A stretch of 62,686 bases of DNA from contig CAYRTD010000005.1 of assembly GCA_964426915.1 (NCBI GenBank), positions 1-62,686 of the forward strand, given 5' to 3'. This DNA comes from an uncultured Bacteroidaceae bacterium (GTDB lineage: Bacteria; Bacteroidota; Bacteroidia; Bacteroidales; GCA-2748055). The notes beneath the pieces were generated by a model. That model was not told where the DNA came from. It ran no database searches and worked only from the letters and a program-made list of their open reading frames with translations. The translations under genes and the position numbers were made by a program. The stretch's first letter is position 1; each line of letters opens with the position of its first letter. Below, piece by piece: positions 47,634-57,143 of the stretch.

Positions 47634-49193
47634 TTATTCGTACTTAACAAATTTACCAACGGAAGTCCTGCTTGTTTCTCTTATCATTATATAATAAACC
47701 CCGGGATCAAGACTTGTAATTTCCAGATTACTATGGTTATTATAGCGATCCTTCATCATAAGCTTTCCTGAGAGATCATAGATCTCAACATCAACATCTT
47801 TCTGAAAATCAGATTCAATCCTGATGAAATCACTTGCGGGATTGGGGATAATATTTAATTTTTTCAGGTGATGATCATTTAACCCGGTACCACTTCCTTC
47901 AGCAGGACGAATTATCAGTTCGAAGGTATTATTCGGGCCGGTGGTAGGGTAGGAGCCGCCAGAAACTTCTGTTATAGCAAATATTATAGTATCATTTTCT
48001 GTTTTCGTTGTATTTATTATAGGAACAGGTAGTGGCCTAATACCGTCTCTATCAAATACCAAAGTGCCTTCCGTCCAGTCGCCAATGCGCTCTGTTTCTC
48101 CGGACACGTACTCAACCTTAACGGTAACTTCTTCATCATTAGGAATATTCAGTACCGTAACCGGAAGATCGTAAGTCCCTATATCTTCTTTAATACGGAA
48201 ACCTGATTTTTGAAATTCACTATAGGTGCCGAGGGGTACTCCGGTTTTCTTAATAGAAAGATTGCTGACATAGAAATTATTATCACCCTCATTCCTGCTT
48301 GCACCCCGGCTAAAAAATCTGAGACCGTTCACGGTTTCATAATAAGTATATGCCGGAGGCATTGTGGCTTCAAAAGTCCCGTGCTTTTCATTAATAAAGT
48401 TTATATCAGTTTCTCCTTCAGGGATTGCCATAAACACGATTTCTTCATTTTCTTCAGGACCTTTATCCGCATCTCTGTAATATAAATGCATCATTTGAGG
48501 GGCGATTATCCAGGTATAATGGATCCATTTGGTATTGGATACAAGGCCGGCGCCATCGTATCTTTTTGAATATGGGACAAGTGGATAGTTGTCTGTACTG
48601 GAGTAGGTGGTTCCATTATCCGGATCTGCCGCGTTTTCATTATAGTAGTACCCGCCTGCACCGCCATTCCAGCCGGGATTATCCTCGAATTCACCACCGT
48701 AGGACAAACAGGGTCCGTAACTACCATTAAAAAGCCAGAAGTGGTATGCCGGGATCCCAAAATCTGTAGTGGTTGCGCCTCCTTCAGGTAAATTCTGTAG
48801 TAAAGTGATGTTCATCCTTCCTGATTCCCCTGATCCTGCGAGTAGTTCAAAATTGAGGTCAAATTCAATTACGATGGTGTCTCCAAAAGTCCGGTCGATC
48901 TCACGGGGAAATTCATAATCAAAAGTTGCAAAGAAATTGGTAAGACCAGCATTTCCCACCATGGTATCAGTATACGCTACTGCGGGAAAAGTAAGTGCAT
49001 CGTCCGGGCCGGTTCGTTCTGTAATTTTAAAGGCTCTGATTGGAGCATCATAACCGGTGGGAGTCACCAACAAGTTATTATCGATAAATTCAACTCCGGT
49101 TTTCATGGAATCGATCAACACAACTGAATATTGGCCGTTAGTGTAAGAAAATATCCAGATGATAGAAATAAGAGTAAAAATTATTTTTTTCAT
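47634..49193 (-). CDS. T9SS-secreted protein of unknown function
   Basis: 519 aa. Signal peptide 'MKKIIFTLISIIWIFSYTNGQ'. The composition is beta-rich, and Gly/Asn/Tyr-rich in the middle. The Por tail is 'LNIIPNPASDFIRIES...GVYYIMI'. No catalytic motif recognised. Confidence 0.6.
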   Translation of the reverse strand: MKKIIFTLISIIWIFSYTNGQYSVVLIDSMKTGVEFIDNNLLVTPTGYDAPIRAFKITERTGPDDALTFPAVAYTDTMVGNAGLTNFFATFDYEFPREIDRTFGDTIVIEFDLNFELLAGSGESGRMNITLLQNLPEGGATTTDFGIPAYHFWLFNGSYGPCLSYGGEFEDNPGWNGGAGGYYYNENAADPDNGTTYSSTDNYPLVPYSKRYDGAGLVSNTKWIHYTWIIAPQMMHLYYRDADKGPEENEEIVFMAIPEGETDINFINEKHGTFEATMPPAYTYYETVNGLRFFSRGASRNEGDNNFYVSNLSIKKTGVPLGTYSEFQKSGFRIKEDIGTYDLPVTVLNIPNDEEVTVKVEYVSGETERIGDWTEGTLVFDRDGIRPLPVPIINTTKTENDTIIFAITEVSGGSYPTTGPNNTFELIIRPAEGSGTGLNDHHLKKLNIIPNPASDFIRIESDFQKDVDVEIYDLSGKLMMKDRYNNHSNLEITSLDPGVYYIMIRETSRTSVGKFVKYE

Positions 49194-49477
49194 AGTATGT
49201 CTTTTTGTTAATAATTATACATTCAAAAGTTTAATGCAATTTACAGAAATCCGTGTTATGAGAAAAGAATATTGTCTCAAAAAGGATAGTAAATTGTCAT
49301 TATTAGTGTGCAATGAAGATGTAAATCCATAATAGTTCTCTGAGTTTAATATGGGTTATATTTTAAAGACATCGTTTATTTCCTGTTCATCGAATAAAAA
49401 CTGCAGTTCAACGAAAAAATTGAGATATAAACTCCTTCCTCCATAAATTTGATCCTCTAATCAAATCTGAAATCCTC

Positions 49478-49654
49478 ATGAAAACAAAAACTATCTCTAT
49501 CATTGCTATTCTGCTTACTTTTTTAATTAGTAGTTGCATTGTAAAAAGCCTTCACCCTTTCTATTCTGAAAAAGACCGTTTTTATAATCAGGAATTGGTG
49601 GGGACATGGATGGATCAGGAACTCCTTGTTACCTGTAGGGCAGTCCTATTGTGA
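49478..49654 (+). CDS. Short lipoprotein ORF, possibly a truncated gene remnant
   Basis: 58 codons, below the ORF-track cutoff: MKTKTISIIAILLTFLISSCIVKSLHPFYSEKDRFYNQELVGTWMDQ... It has a signal peptide plus lipobox, then stops abruptly. Confidence 0.3.
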   Translation: MKTKTISIIAILLTFLISSCIVKSLHPFYSEKDRFYNQELVGTWMDQELLVTCRAVLL

Positions 49655-49735
49655 AAACTTTTTTAAAATATTAAAACATTAATCTCTTTAAGATGTTGGT
49701 ATTGCTGAAATGTAATATTAATAAAACTTCTTTTT

Positions 49736-52006
49736 GTGAATCAACTGAAATGCTATATCCTGTCATTTATTCTATTATTGTCAATTTCTCTCCAACCTCT
49801 TTTTTCTCAATTTAAGGGGGTTGTTATAGATGCTGAAACCGACGCACCTCTGGAATACGCCACTTTAATTGCAGATAGTGGTAAATCTGTCTTTATATCA
49901 GGTCCGGGGGGAGCTTTTACCCTTGAAAGAGATGTTGATAGCCTCTCAGTCACTGTAAGTCACCTTGGTTATCACCAGAGAAATTTCACCATATACAGGA
50001 ATAAAAATAATATCCTTGTCCTGTTCCCTGATTATAATCAAATTGGAGAAGTGGTTGTTAGGGCCACTCATTTCAACTCTACTCTTAAATCATCAGCAGG
50101 AAGTATTACTCTTCTGACTCCTGAACTCGTGAATAATTCCTATTCACCTACGGTTACTGATATTATAAATATGGCGCCGGGTATTTTCATGGCTCAGGGC
50201 ACGCTTTCAACTAACAGGTTAATTATTAGAGGGATAGGTTCGAGAAACCCCTATGGAACGAACCGTATTCGAATGTACTTTGGTGAGATTCCGGTAAATT
50301 CCATTGACGGTTCAAGTTCTCCTGAGAACATAAATCCTGATGTGTTGGAAAGGATAGAAATATTAAAAGGTCCTTCTTCTGCCATATATGGTGCTGGTTT
50401 AGGGGGGACTATCAAAATGATTCCTGATTATCCGGATAGCGAAGGCTTTGGTACAGATTTTAATACCGAACTTCATTCCTGGGGAGGTTATACAATGGGT
50501 ATAAATTCTTCTTATAAAAAGAATAAATCTTCTATGCGACTTTCAGCAAAAGAGTATCATACCGATGGTTTCCGTCAAAACAATGACTATACCCGCAGAG
50601 ATCTTTACTTTGGAGGTAAAGTACAGGGCGAAAAACTTAATGTAAAATATCTTTTGAATTACCTGGGTCTCAGAGCCGGAATTCCCAGTTCACTCAGCAG
50701 GAGAGACTTCATAGAATCTCCAGAAAGTGCTGCCGATTCGTGGGCTGAGGTAGAAGGGTTTGAAGATTATCAGAATTTCATCGCGGGTATTTTTATGGAT
50801 TACAGGGTAGCAGACAAAGTCTTCGGTAATACAGGTCTGTTTTCTAATTATGGAGATACATATGAATCCCGTCCGTTCAATATTTTTGATTCTGAACAGA
50901 TTGGAGGAGGAATGAGGCAGAGCATTGAATTCCGGGGATTGAATATAAAATTGACAGGAGGATATGAGGCCGTTCTTGAACAGAGCGAATGGGATATTTA
51001 TGAAACATTGAATGGCGATCAGGGACAACGATTAAATGCCATGAAAGATAATCGTTACTACATCTCCGGTTTCCTTCATTCAGCAATAGATCCCTTGCCC
51101 GGACTAAGGATTGAGCCGGCTCTCAGCCTCACATATATGAAGTACAAATTGACAGATCAGTTTGATAACGATGAAGATCTCTCCGGTGATTATAGCTATG
51201 ATCCGGAACTTTCCCCCCGTTTGGGGATTAATTATAATTTATTGAGAGATATGCATGTATATGGTTCTGTCGGTCATGGATTTTCTCCTCCGAGTCTTGA
51301 AGAAACTTTACTTCCGGAAGGCGAAGCAAATACTGCTTTAAAACCTGAGTCAGGATGGACCTTCGATCTTGGACTTAAAGGCAACCATATGGAATCGCGA
51401 TTATATTATGATTTCACCTTATATTACATCAGGTTATCAGATCTTTTACTAACGGAAAGAATCACAGTTGATCAGTTTGTCGGGGTAAATGCTGGTAAAA
51501 CAAATCATTACGGAGCAGAACTGTTTATAAGATATCAGTTTTTCGGGATTGACCTTACTGGTGTAAATTCATTACTTTTTACCTCCTCATGGAATTATTC
51601 TCAAAACCGGTTTGTAGATTTTATAGATGATAATGTTGACTATTCAGGAAACGAACTTCCCGGAATCCCAAATGTAGGCCTGAATTTATCTCTTGACTAT
51701 TCAAGAATGGAACACTGGAATGTAGTCGCCGGATACCGGCTTTACGGGAAACAATATATGAATGATGCTAATTCCGAAATATACGCCGGTCACCAGCTTA
51801 TAGATATTAAAGCCGGATATAAAAACCTGAAAATTACTGATAAGTTCAGTCTTGAGATTTATGCTGCTGTAAGAAACCTGCTAAATGTTGACTACGCTTC
51901 CATGATACTGGTAAATGCACCTTCCTTCGGAGGCTCGGTTCCAAGATATTATTACCCGGGTAATCCGAGAAATTATCTGGTTGGACTCAGGCTATCCTTC
52001 AACTGA
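49736..52006 (+). CDS. TonB-dependent receptor (non-SusC type) with N-terminal carboxypeptidase-regulatory-like domain
   Basis: 756 aa with a GTG start. 'FKGVVIDAETDAPLEYATLIA', plug 'LIIRGIGSRNPYGTNRIRMYFGEIPV' and 'ILKGPSSAIYGAGLGGTIKM', with beta-barrel repeats to the C-terminus. Confidence 0.85.
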   Translation: MNQLKCYILSFILLLSISLQPLFSQFKGVVIDAETDAPLEYATLIADSGKSVFISGPGGAFTLERDVDSLSVTVSHLGYHQRNFTIYRNKNNILVLFPDYNQIGEVVVRATHFNSTLKSSAGSITLLTPELVNNSYSPTVTDIINMAPGIFMAQGTLSTNRLIIRGIGSRNPYGTNRIRMYFGEIPVNSIDGSSSPENINPDVLERIEILKGPSSAIYGAGLGGTIKMIPDYPDSEGFGTDFNTELHSWGGYTMGINSSYKKNKSSMRLSAKEYHTDGFRQNNDYTRRDLYFGGKVQGEKLNVKYLLNYLGLRAGIPSSLSRRDFIESPESAADSWAEVEGFEDYQNFIAGIFMDYRVADKVFGNTGLFSNYGDTYESRPFNIFDSEQIGGGMRQSIEFRGLNIKLTGGYEAVLEQSEWDIYETLNGDQGQRLNAMKDNRYYISGFLHSAIDPLPGLRIEPALSLTYMKYKLTDQFDNDEDLSGDYSYDPELSPRLGINYNLLRDMHVYGSVGHGFSPPSLEETLLPEGEANTALKPESGWTFDLGLKGNHMESRLYYDFTLYYIRLSDLLLTERITVDQFVGVNAGKTNHYGAELFIRYQFFGIDLTGVNSLLFTSSWNYSQNRFVDFIDDNVDYSGNELPGIPNVGLNLSLDYSRMEHWNVVAGYRLYGKQYMNDANSEIYAGHQLIDIKAGYKNLKITDKFSLEIYAAVRNLLNVDYASMILVNAPSFGGSVPRYYYPGNPRNYLVGLRLSFN

Positions 52007-52071
52007 AAATGCAAGAAAAATTTTCATTCTTTCAATTTATCAGGTAAGGGAATTGACCGGATCTGCATATT

Positions 52072-53088
52072 CTATCCTGCGAATAGGTAATTTACACCCT
52101 CAACAAATCCTCTTCGCTCTAAAAATCCTGCAATTTCTCTTTTTTGATCATGATGGCGGTTGTAAACAAGGATGAAAATATGATCCGGGGAAGGGATATC
52201 TTTGTAAAAAACAATTTCTTCAGATACCTTCCTGTTTTTTTTGTGAATATCAATATATGCCCGGATCCGGACCCCTTCATCCTTTAAATATCTTGACCAT
52301 CTTCTGGATCTTCTGCTTGCTCCCCAAACCCATACTTCCGGATAAAATGATATATTTTTCTTCAGCCATTTTGCCAGATATACTGCCTTTACTTTAAAGA
52401 AAGCTTTATCACTGTAAAAGGCGCTGGTTCTTGTCAGTCGTTCATCTGAGTCATACCAGCGTAAAACCGTTTCATTCAGTTTATGGATTTTTACTCCCTG
52501 ATCCAGCCATCGTAACCATAATTCATAATCTTCAGGAAAATCCCCGTAACGATACATTCCATGCCTGAGTCCAATATGTTTTCTCCACATGGCAGTGGGA
52601 TTTACAACCGGCGACTCTGCAAACCTGTTAAGGAGAATGTCTTCATAACTTAAGATCGAATTACTCCAGTCAACATAACGCTGAAAACCTTTTGTGTTAT
52701 CATGATGAGGAACATATTCAACAAGTCCGCAGGAAACATCTGTGTCGGGATGGCTTTCCATGTATGCTGATCGGTTAAGGAGACTGTCGCTAACGAGTTC
52801 ATCATCAGCGTCCATTCGGCATATAAAATCACCTTCCGCAGCTTTACTTCCTTTGTTAGAGGCAAATACTACTCCCTGATTTTGTTCATGTAAAAGTTTG
52901 AAGCGGGAATCTAATTTACAATATTCTTCGGCTAATTTTGAACTTTTATCCCGGGAGTTGTTGTTTATTAAGATACATTCAAAATTTTCATAGCTTTGAG
53001 ATGAAATGCTTTCCATTGATCTTACAAGGGTTCTCTCTGCATTGAAAAATGGAAGTATAACAGATATTTTAGGTTTCGGGGATTTCAT
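52072..53088 (-). CDS. Family 2 glycosyltransferase with C-terminal extension
   Basis: 338 aa. 'ISVILPFFNAERTLVRSMESISSQSYENFECILINNNS' and 'RMDADDE' (DxD). About 100 aa of unassigned C-terminal sequence. Confidence 0.8.
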   Translation of the reverse strand: MKSPKPKISVILPFFNAERTLVRSMESISSQSYENFECILINNNSRDKSSKLAEEYCKLDSRFKLLHEQNQGVVFASNKGSKAAEGDFICRMDADDELVSDSLLNRSAYMESHPDTDVSCGLVEYVPHHDNTKGFQRYVDWSNSILSYEDILLNRFAESPVVNPTAMWRKHIGLRHGMYRYGDFPEDYELWLRWLDQGVKIHKLNETVLRWYDSDERLTRTSAFYSDKAFFKVKAVYLAKWLKKNISFYPEVWVWGASRRSRRWSRYLKDEGVRIRAYIDIHKKNRKVSEEIVFYKDIPSPDHIFILVYNRHHDQKREIAGFLERRGFVEGVNYLFAG

Positions 53089-53149
53089 AAGTTCAAATTT
53101 AGCTAACTTTATGGATTATTAATAAAAATACAGGTAACAGCTGTGAATT

Positions 53150-55294
53150 ATGTCTACAGGAAAGAATACTATAATATACCGGTCTTTGAGTCTGATATGG
53201 CTCATTTTATTGCCGTTTATCTCTGAGGCCCAAAAGGCTGAAATAATGCTAGTAAAGCATAGCCCTGAAAGAATACCTGAAGTTTTTATCGCAAACAATG
53301 AAATGAGCACTCTCATGTCAGCAGAATTATCTGGACATTCCGATACCCTTTACATACATCTGGATTATAATGAAAAATATACGCTACATCTTAGTGATTA
53401 TGAACCCCGTCGAACAGGGGAACCTTTATTAAGTCTTTACCTCAATGGAATTCCAATTATTGTTGTACATTCAGATATTTCTGCGGGCGATCATTCCTGG
53501 TCCTTTTACACGGGAATTGATAAACCTGCCTTGAGAATTGTGGGAGGGACTTCCGTATCCATAGAAGATTATCCATGGCAGGTCTTTATAAATGCCGGTG
53601 ATTATTTATGTGGCGGAACAATAATAGCCGATAAGTGGGTTTTAACTGCTGCGCATTGTCTTTTTGACGAAGAAAACATTCAAATTCCTGATAGCGTTAT
53701 TTCTTTTCTTGCCGGTGCTGAATTTCCTTTTAACTTTTCCCCTGATGGAGAAAAATATGAGGTTGATTTATCGGTGATTCACGAAGATTACGATCCTGAA
53801 TCTTTTGGAAATGACATGGCTTTGTTAAGAACAAATAAAGTAATAGAGCATGAAATTGCCCGGCCACTAAATCTGATAACCGAAGAGGAGGTAAATGCCG
53901 GCCTTACAGATCCTGGTTCAGAAGCGATAATAACCGGCTGGGGGCTTACAAGTGTTGACCCGGCAGAATTCCCTTCAAGGCTTCAAAAGCTGAATCTCCC
54001 CATTGTTTCCAATGAAATAGGGAGAGCGGTATGGGGTCCTTTACCCGATAATGTGCTAATTGCCGGTTACATAAATGGTGAGGGAGATGCATGTGGAGGT
54101 GACAGCGGAGGGCCCCTTATTGTGCAATCCGGAAATGAATACAAACTTGCAGGGATCACAAGCTGGGGAAGCTCCAATTGTAATTCTGTAGGTGGCTACC
54201 TAAAAGTATCTGCCTTTCTTGAATGGTTAAGGAAAAATACAGGAGTAGGGCAGGACCAGTTTAGAACTATACGTCCAAGGGGTGGTGACTTTCGGTGTCA
54301 TAATTCCCCGCCCATGTCTGAAACCCGGAACTATGTTAGTGATGAGCTTACTGCAGCAACAGGATATGAATGGAGGTTGGAACCCCAATCGGCCGGTAGT
54401 ATTACTTACACCGATACCCTGGCACAGGTCGAATGGGCAAATGATTTTATTGGAGAAGCTTATGTAAGCGCCAGAGCAATTACTCCGGAGGGATATACTA
54501 ACTGGGCAGGCCAGCGGGTTGAAACCTCGCCATTGACCCAGGTGACTTCCCAGACAGGAGATACATCTGTTTGTCTTAATACCGGTCTAAGCCTCTATGT
54601 AAATGCAGTAGGATCGGATTTAACTTATGACTGGTTCCTGAATGGGGATCTCATCAGAGTTGAAGGAGATCCTGTTTTCATCCGGCAGGATGCCGGGCTG
54701 AATTATGAGGGTATTTATTATTGTGAGATAACAGGGATTTGCGGTACGGCTGTTTCCGAACCCATTGAAGTGGAGCTAATGGCTCATACAAATATTATAT
54801 CGGCACCTGATAATAATATTAACCTGTCGCTTGGTGATAATCTTGAACTTGCAATAGATGCCATTGGGCATGAATTGCAGTATAGCTGGTTTAAAGATGG
54901 ATCATCTATTTCAGAACCTCCAACAGAAAGCATCCTGTTAATTGAAAATATAAAAGCAGATGGTACCGGACTTTACCAGGTCCAGGTAGATGGAACCTGC
55001 GGAACCGAAGTAAGTGAAAAAATCTATGTATATGTAGATCCCGATATCAGACAATTCCCTGAAGGGATCAATATCTGGCCGACATTAACAACCACCGGCC
55101 AGGTGAACATAGCAGTCGATGATGACAGAATTTTTGATGTTTATATATATAATTTAAAGGGGGTGCGTTTAGATACAAAAACCTATTGCCAGTATAAAGC
55201 AATCCTGGATCTGGGTCGTTACAGGCCTGATATTTACATTATTGAAGTTAGGTTTGAGAATGAATCGAAAAATTATAAAATAATAAAACAATAG
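53150..55294 (+). CDS. Trypsin-like S1 serine protease with propeptide, Ig-like domains and T9SS C-terminal domain
   Basis: 714 aa. 'PALR-IVGGTSVSIEDYPWQV', 'CGGTIIADKWVLTAAHC' (His), 'NDMALL' (Asp), 'CGGDSGGPL' (Ser). Two 'Y.WF..G......DxGxYxC' Ig-like modules. The tail is 'INIWPTLTTTGQVNI...DIYIIEV'. Confidence 0.88.
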   Translation: MSTGKNTIIYRSLSLIWLILLPFISEAQKAEIMLVKHSPERIPEVFIANNEMSTLMSAELSGHSDTLYIHLDYNEKYTLHLSDYEPRRTGEPLLSLYLNGIPIIVVHSDISAGDHSWSFYTGIDKPALRIVGGTSVSIEDYPWQVFINAGDYLCGGTIIADKWVLTAAHCLFDEENIQIPDSVISFLAGAEFPFNFSPDGEKYEVDLSVIHEDYDPESFGNDMALLRTNKVIEHEIARPLNLITEEEVNAGLTDPGSEAIITGWGLTSVDPAEFPSRLQKLNLPIVSNEIGRAVWGPLPDNVLIAGYINGEGDACGGDSGGPLIVQSGNEYKLAGITSWGSSNCNSVGGYLKVSAFLEWLRKNTGVGQDQFRTIRPRGGDFRCHNSPPMSETRNYVSDELTAATGYEWRLEPQSAGSITYTDTLAQVEWANDFIGEAYVSARAITPEGYTNWAGQRVETSPLTQVTSQTGDTSVCLNTGLSLYVNAVGSDLTYDWFLNGDLIRVEGDPVFIRQDAGLNYEGIYYCEITGICGTAVSEPIEVELMAHTNIISAPDNNINLSLGDNLELAIDAIGHELQYSWFKDGSSISEPPTESILLIENIKADGTGLYQVQVDGTCGTEVSEKIYVYVDPDIRQFPEGINIWPTLTTTGQVNIAVDDDRIFDVYIYNLKGVRLDTKTYCQYKAILDLGRYRPDIYIIEVRFENESKNYKIIKQ

Positions 55295-55302
55295 CTATGG
55301 CG

Positions 55303-56391
55303 TCATTCTTCTTCCTCATTCTTTTTCTTCTCTTTTTCCTTATCTTTGTCTTTATCTTTATCTTTATCTTTTGAAAACAAACGGATTAATCCGCTCCTCT
55401 GAATGGATTCAGCAGCATCAGTAGCTTCAATAACTGCCTTATTCAGTCTTTCCATAAAAATTTCCAGAGAATCGGAGAAGGTCGTATCGGCCACGAAAGT
55501 TGAAATAGCATTTCCTTCAGTATTCATTTTTTGAGCAAGTTGAGACAAGCTCTCTGTCGTTGTCTGAAGGTTCCTACTTGACAGATAAAGATTGTTTGTC
55601 AGCGTTGTATCGGTAAAGAAACGTCCGAAAATACCTTCACCCTGATTGATCTTGTTGGTGATACTAACGAGGTTATCCGCAATCTGATTTAATCCGGCAT
55701 TCGTAGAGTCAAGCTGGGAAGAAAACACCGTATCGGTAAAAAGCTTTCCAATAATACCTTCACCCTGGTTTATTTTTTGGGTAACATCAATAAGGTTTCC
55801 GGTGATCCGGGTGATATTTTGGCTGGTTTTATCCAGATTCCTGGTAACTGTGGTATCCGTAAATATTTTCCCGAAGACCCCATCCCCCCGGTTTATCTTG
55901 TCGGTAATGCCAATAAGGTTTTCCGAAACAAGACTTATGCTTTCAGACGAAGCTTTAATCTCTTTCATGATATCATCTATTTCTACAGGTTCTACTGATG
56001 GCAGTTGGTCTCCCGCTTCAACAGAAGGAGAATCGGGTGTTCCGGGAAGGAGAATAACGATTTTATTCCCCATAAGCCCTTCATTTCCTATAGATGCCAC
56101 GGAATTTTTCTTGATAAAATTTGACACTTTCTGTTCGATAGACATCTCTACTTCAATGGTTGTATCTGATATTATTACGAGACTAACTACTGAGCCAACA
56201 TCGATACCGGTAAAGCGAACATCGTTTCCTACATTTAATCCTTTTACATCCTTGAAGACTGCAGATATTTTTATAGTTTCCTTGAAGAAATTCTGCTCTC
56301 TGCCGACAACTACAATTGCAGCGATGAATATAGCAATTGATACGGTTACCAGAATCCCTACCTGTCTGTAATATTTGCTTTTACTTGCCAC
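55303..56391 (-). CDS. MlaD/MCE-family protein with internal 41-aa repeats and a KD/KE tail
   Basis: 362 aa. TM 'VGILVTVSIAIFIAAIVVVG'. MCE block 'FKDVKGLNVGNDVRFTGIDVGSV'. Three repeats 'IN(R/Q)G(D/E)G(V/I)(F/I)G(K/R)(I/L/F)FTDT'. The tail is 'KDKDKDKDKDKEKEKKKNEEEE'. Confidence 0.8.
   Translation of the reverse strand: MASKSKYYRQVGILVTVSIAIFIAAIVVVGREQNFFKETIKISAVFKDVKGLNVGNDVRFTGIDVGSVVSLVIISDTTIEVEMSIEQKVSNFIKKNSVASIGNEGLMGNKIVILLPGTPDSPSVEAGDQLPSVEPVEIDDIMKEIKASSESISLVSENLIGITDKINRGDGVFGKIFTDTTVTRNLDKTSQNITRITGNLIDVTQKINQGEGIIGKLFTDTVFSSQLDSTNAGLNQIADNLVSITNKINQGEGIFGRFFTDTTLTNNLYLSSRNLQTTTESLSQLAQKMNTEGNAISTFVADTTFSDSLEIFMERLNKAVIEATDAAESIQRSGLIRLFSKDKDKDKDKDKEKEKKKNEEEE
55341..55370. 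repeat. Hexanucleotide microsatellite (tatctt)x5 (one unit tgtctt), coding for the KD tail
   Basis: Read directly: tatctt tgtctt tatctt tatctt tatctt. It is in frame within the 3' end of the mlaD-like gene. Confidence 0.8.
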
Positions 56392-56408
56392 TTGTTTTAT
56401 ATTTTAGA

Positions 56409-57143
56409 TTATTGAAAAAAATGTGCAAATCTTTCATCTTTGCTCTCCTGAAGATCCTTAAACGTTCCTTCCGCTATATTCTTGCCCTCATCTATAACTA
56501 TAATGCGATCTGAAACAGTTTCCGCACATTTCATATCATGGGTAACCACGATACTCGAATTTCCGCGGTTGCTTTGGATCGAAACTATCAGTTCACTTAT
56601 TTCATTGGAAGTGTATGGGTCCAGTCCTGTGGTGGGTTCGTCATAAAGAATAATCTCCGGCTCCATTACCAGGGTTCGCGCAAGACCGGCTCTTTTTCTC
56701 ATTCCACCGGATAATTCTGAGGGCATCTTATCCCTTGCTTGGGTCAATCCCACACTTTCCAGTGATTTTGCTATAACTTCTTCTTTATTTGTATTTTTAA
56801 TATATTTATTTCGTTTTAAAGGAAACATCAGGTTTTCATAAAGTGTCATGGAATCATACAAAGCACCACTCTGAAACAGAAAGCCCATATGACTTCTGAG
56901 TTTATTAAGCGGATCCTCCTTCAGGTCCAGAATATTTTCACCAAGGACCACTATAGTTCCTGAATCAGGCGTAAGTAAATTTGTTATGCATTTTAAAAGT
57001 ACGGATTTTCCTGCCCCCGATTTACCCAGTATTACAAGCGTTTCTCCTTTGTATAGTTCCATAGAGAAATTATCGAAAATGCTGACATCATCAAATTTGA
57101 CAGTTAAATCTTGTATTTCAATAACCTTTTCCTTCATGATCAT
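56409..57143 (-). CDS. ABC transporter ATP-binding protein (MlaF-like)
   Basis: 244 aa. Walker A 'GKSGAGKS', signature 'LSGGMRKRAGLARTL', Walker B 'ILYDEPTTGLD', H-loop 'VVTHD'. Has a 4-nt overlap with the permease gene. Confidence 0.88.
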   Translation of the reverse strand: MIMKEKVIEIQDLTVKFDDVSIFDNFSMELYKGETLVILGKSGAGKSVLLKCITNLLTPDSGTIVVLGENILDLKEDPLNKLRSHMGFLFQSGALYDSMTLYENLMFPLKRNKYIKNTNKEEVIAKSLESVGLTQARDKMPSELSGGMRKRAGLARTLVMEPEIILYDEPTTGLDPYTSNEISELIVSIQSNRGNSSIVVTHDMKCAETVSDRIIVIDEGKNIAEGTFKDLQESKDERFAHFFQ

